Assembly (NCBI RefSeq): GCF_006345805.1
Contig: NC_043004.1
Location: forward strand, 40,982,001 to 41,046,000
From: Octopus sinensis
Lineage: Eukaryota
Direction of reading: 5' to 3'
DNA: 64,000 nt
This document shows, one piece after another, positions 62,026 to 64,000 of this stretch. The notes beneath the pieces are model-generated. The model worked only from the letters and a program-made list of their open reading frames with translations. It was not told the origin of the DNA and ran no database searches. How positions within the stretch are numbered: the stretch's first letter is position 1; each line of letters starts with the position of its first letter. A program made the position numbers and the translations under genes.

Positions 62026-64000
62026 TATCTGTGCATTATGTGGTCGGTTGAGCTGAAAATATGCACACCTATGTTAAAAGTGCTGGCGAGTTTGCATGGC
62101 ACCTATTTATCTCTCAAATGAAAGGCGTGACCTCTAGGACAAAATTCCTCATCTTTTAAAATGTGGCCCAATTAGACTCGAATGAAATTGGGTTATATTA
62201 ACCAAACAAGTAAGACAATAAAAAACTATGCCATTTTAATCCCAAGCAAGGCCGGGTATCTCTGTAGGTCTACTACATATTTGTGAAAAGGGCAGACGTT
62301 GTCTCACAAGCAGTTATACAGGCAAAAGTGTTAGTAAATATGGTCGGATTCAGCTGAAAATTTGCACACCTATGTTAAAAGTCTTTGAGTTTGCTCAATT
62401 GAAAGGTGTGACCTCTAGGGCAAAATTCCTCATCTTTAAAGTGTGGCCCACGTAGACCCAAATGAAATCGAGTTATAATACCGAAACAAATAAAACAATG
62501 ATAAACTATTTTAATCCCGAGCAAGACCAGGTTTCTCTGCTATCTATATATATAAAAGAGGCTTTGGGTTAAAATTGTGCGCAAAATTGTGTGCACATTT
62601 TGCTATGTCAGAGGTTGGCGGGCAGACCAGTGGTCAGATCGAGCTGAAAATTGACACAGGCATAGAAGGCGTGATGAGGCAGAGAGCTGAGTAGATCAAA
62701 ACCCACCATCTGGTAAGATGCGGTTGCTATGGTGAGAAGATTCAAGGGAATTCTAAGCCCCTCGAGATTAGTGCAATTGGCATCTAATCCTATCCATAAA
62801 ATGAAGAAGGCGAACGTTGATACAAATTGGATCTTTATGTAAATGGGGATTAAGATTTACAGGAGGGGGTAACTTGAGGTGAGAAATTGATTAGGACACG
62901 TTTTGGGGCGCTATAGTGGTTGCTTTGGTGTGAAAATGGGGATTTTATTGATTTTTGGAGACACCTGGGGGTCTAGATTGGACACCTTTTGCCCGATTTC
63001 AATCAAATTTTCAACATGGTAAAGTGGAAGTGGATTTGTAATTTAAGTGCAGAAAATGGGTTCAAAATTTTGAAAATTATGGCAAGATTTTTGAAGTTGA
63101 AAAAAACTTCTCATTTTTACGTATTTTTGCCTTTTATTTTTTATTGTTTAGTTTTCATTTTCTCTGAAAGCCCGTTTTTAGAGCTTTCATTTGCATGGTT
63201 AATCGTCGAAAAATTTCCAAAATAAGTACTAAATTTAACAAAGAAATCCTTTTTTTCCTTATTTTTAATCACTCAAATAGTAGCAAGTACAAAAGGTTAG
63301 TGTGCTTTCCTTTGTCACTGCCTGATATTTATGATTGATCTAGAGATAGATAGAGAAAGATAAAGAGTGGCAAAGTGAGAAAGGAGAGAGAAACACTAAG
63401 GAAGAATGTGGCGATAAGAAACAGAAAGTAAGCAAAAGAAACAACCACACCCTCACCCATGCGTAGAGCAGGTTACCTTAAGCTAGTCTTACATATTAAA
63501 ACTGAAAATGTGTTTGTGTATCGGTATGTCTTTGTTTTGTGCCAAAACAGCTTGACCAATTTTTCTTAAACTTCACACGCACATTGCATATGTGTCTGGG
63601 GAGGTTTTAAATATAAATTGATTTCGAAAAATATTTGGGTAAACGGTGAAACAACAACATTTGGGTGCAGTTGAACAGTGGTTGTAATTATTTTTAAGCT
63701 TCCAAGGGAAATAACCCATTCCCTCCTTTGTAAATTATTTGGTAAAAATGAAATTGAGTATGGTTTCACCGATACAATATACAGCCTAGTGCTGATACAA
63801 TATACAACCTAGCGCTAATTGAGATTGAAAACAAGACTTTAGCTTTAGGCAGTCACATAATGACCACTTAAAAGCTTGCCCCACGCTGCAAAGCCTACTT
63901 CAAATGATCTCCCTTCTGAGATTGTTCGGAAAACATCTTATGATATATTACTGAACTATCCGCATATGTACAGATCAACGAGGCACTCCAGCCACTTGAC
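62025..64000 (+). mobile_element. Head-to-tail cluster of non-autonomous Helitrons (two related ~270-bp units, then two other families)
   Basis: 3' hairpins CCC(A/G)AGCAAG...GG near 62241 and 62516. TC-TATA-type starts at 62269, 62543 and 63487. CTAG at 63483-86 joined directly to TC. Confidence 0.65.

Overview
Repeat-saturated, AT-rich metazoan DNA. The repeat families look like those of an Octopus-type coleoid cephalopod (my recognition, not a database match). I found no intact host gene and no RNA gene that I can support; almost all short ORFs in the track are microsatellite or repeat artefacts. The window is a mosaic of several kinds of element. There are tRNA-headed SINEs of several families, RTE LINEs (one ~3.4 kb copy with broken APE/RT and a PHD-type finger, plus many 3' tails carrying a ~60-bp VNTR and (GAT)n ends), and CR1, L2/Crack-like and R4/Dong-like remnants. 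There is a Penelope-like element (RT + GIY-YIG) inserted in a Gypsy LTR/gag remnant, several Penelope-type terminal repeats with minimal hammerhead ribozyme folds, and Helitrons. DNA MITEs are also present: mariner, piggyBac-like, hAT and an abundant GGATC-ended MITE carrying TTAGGG repeats. Best leads: (1) two copies of the same U6 snRNA-SINE chimera with apparently independent insertion sites (31.3 kb and 40.0 kb), suggesting a mobilised U6-headed SINE; (2) a 363-bp tandem retrozyme-like unit with an inverted 5' arm and a non-canonical hammerhead core; (3) a Penelope family whose hammerhead copies share an A6U core change; (4) recurrent outward-facing double-insertion structures and unusual composite or foldback MITEs. 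Coordinates were read by eye and may be off by a few bases, more at degenerate ends.
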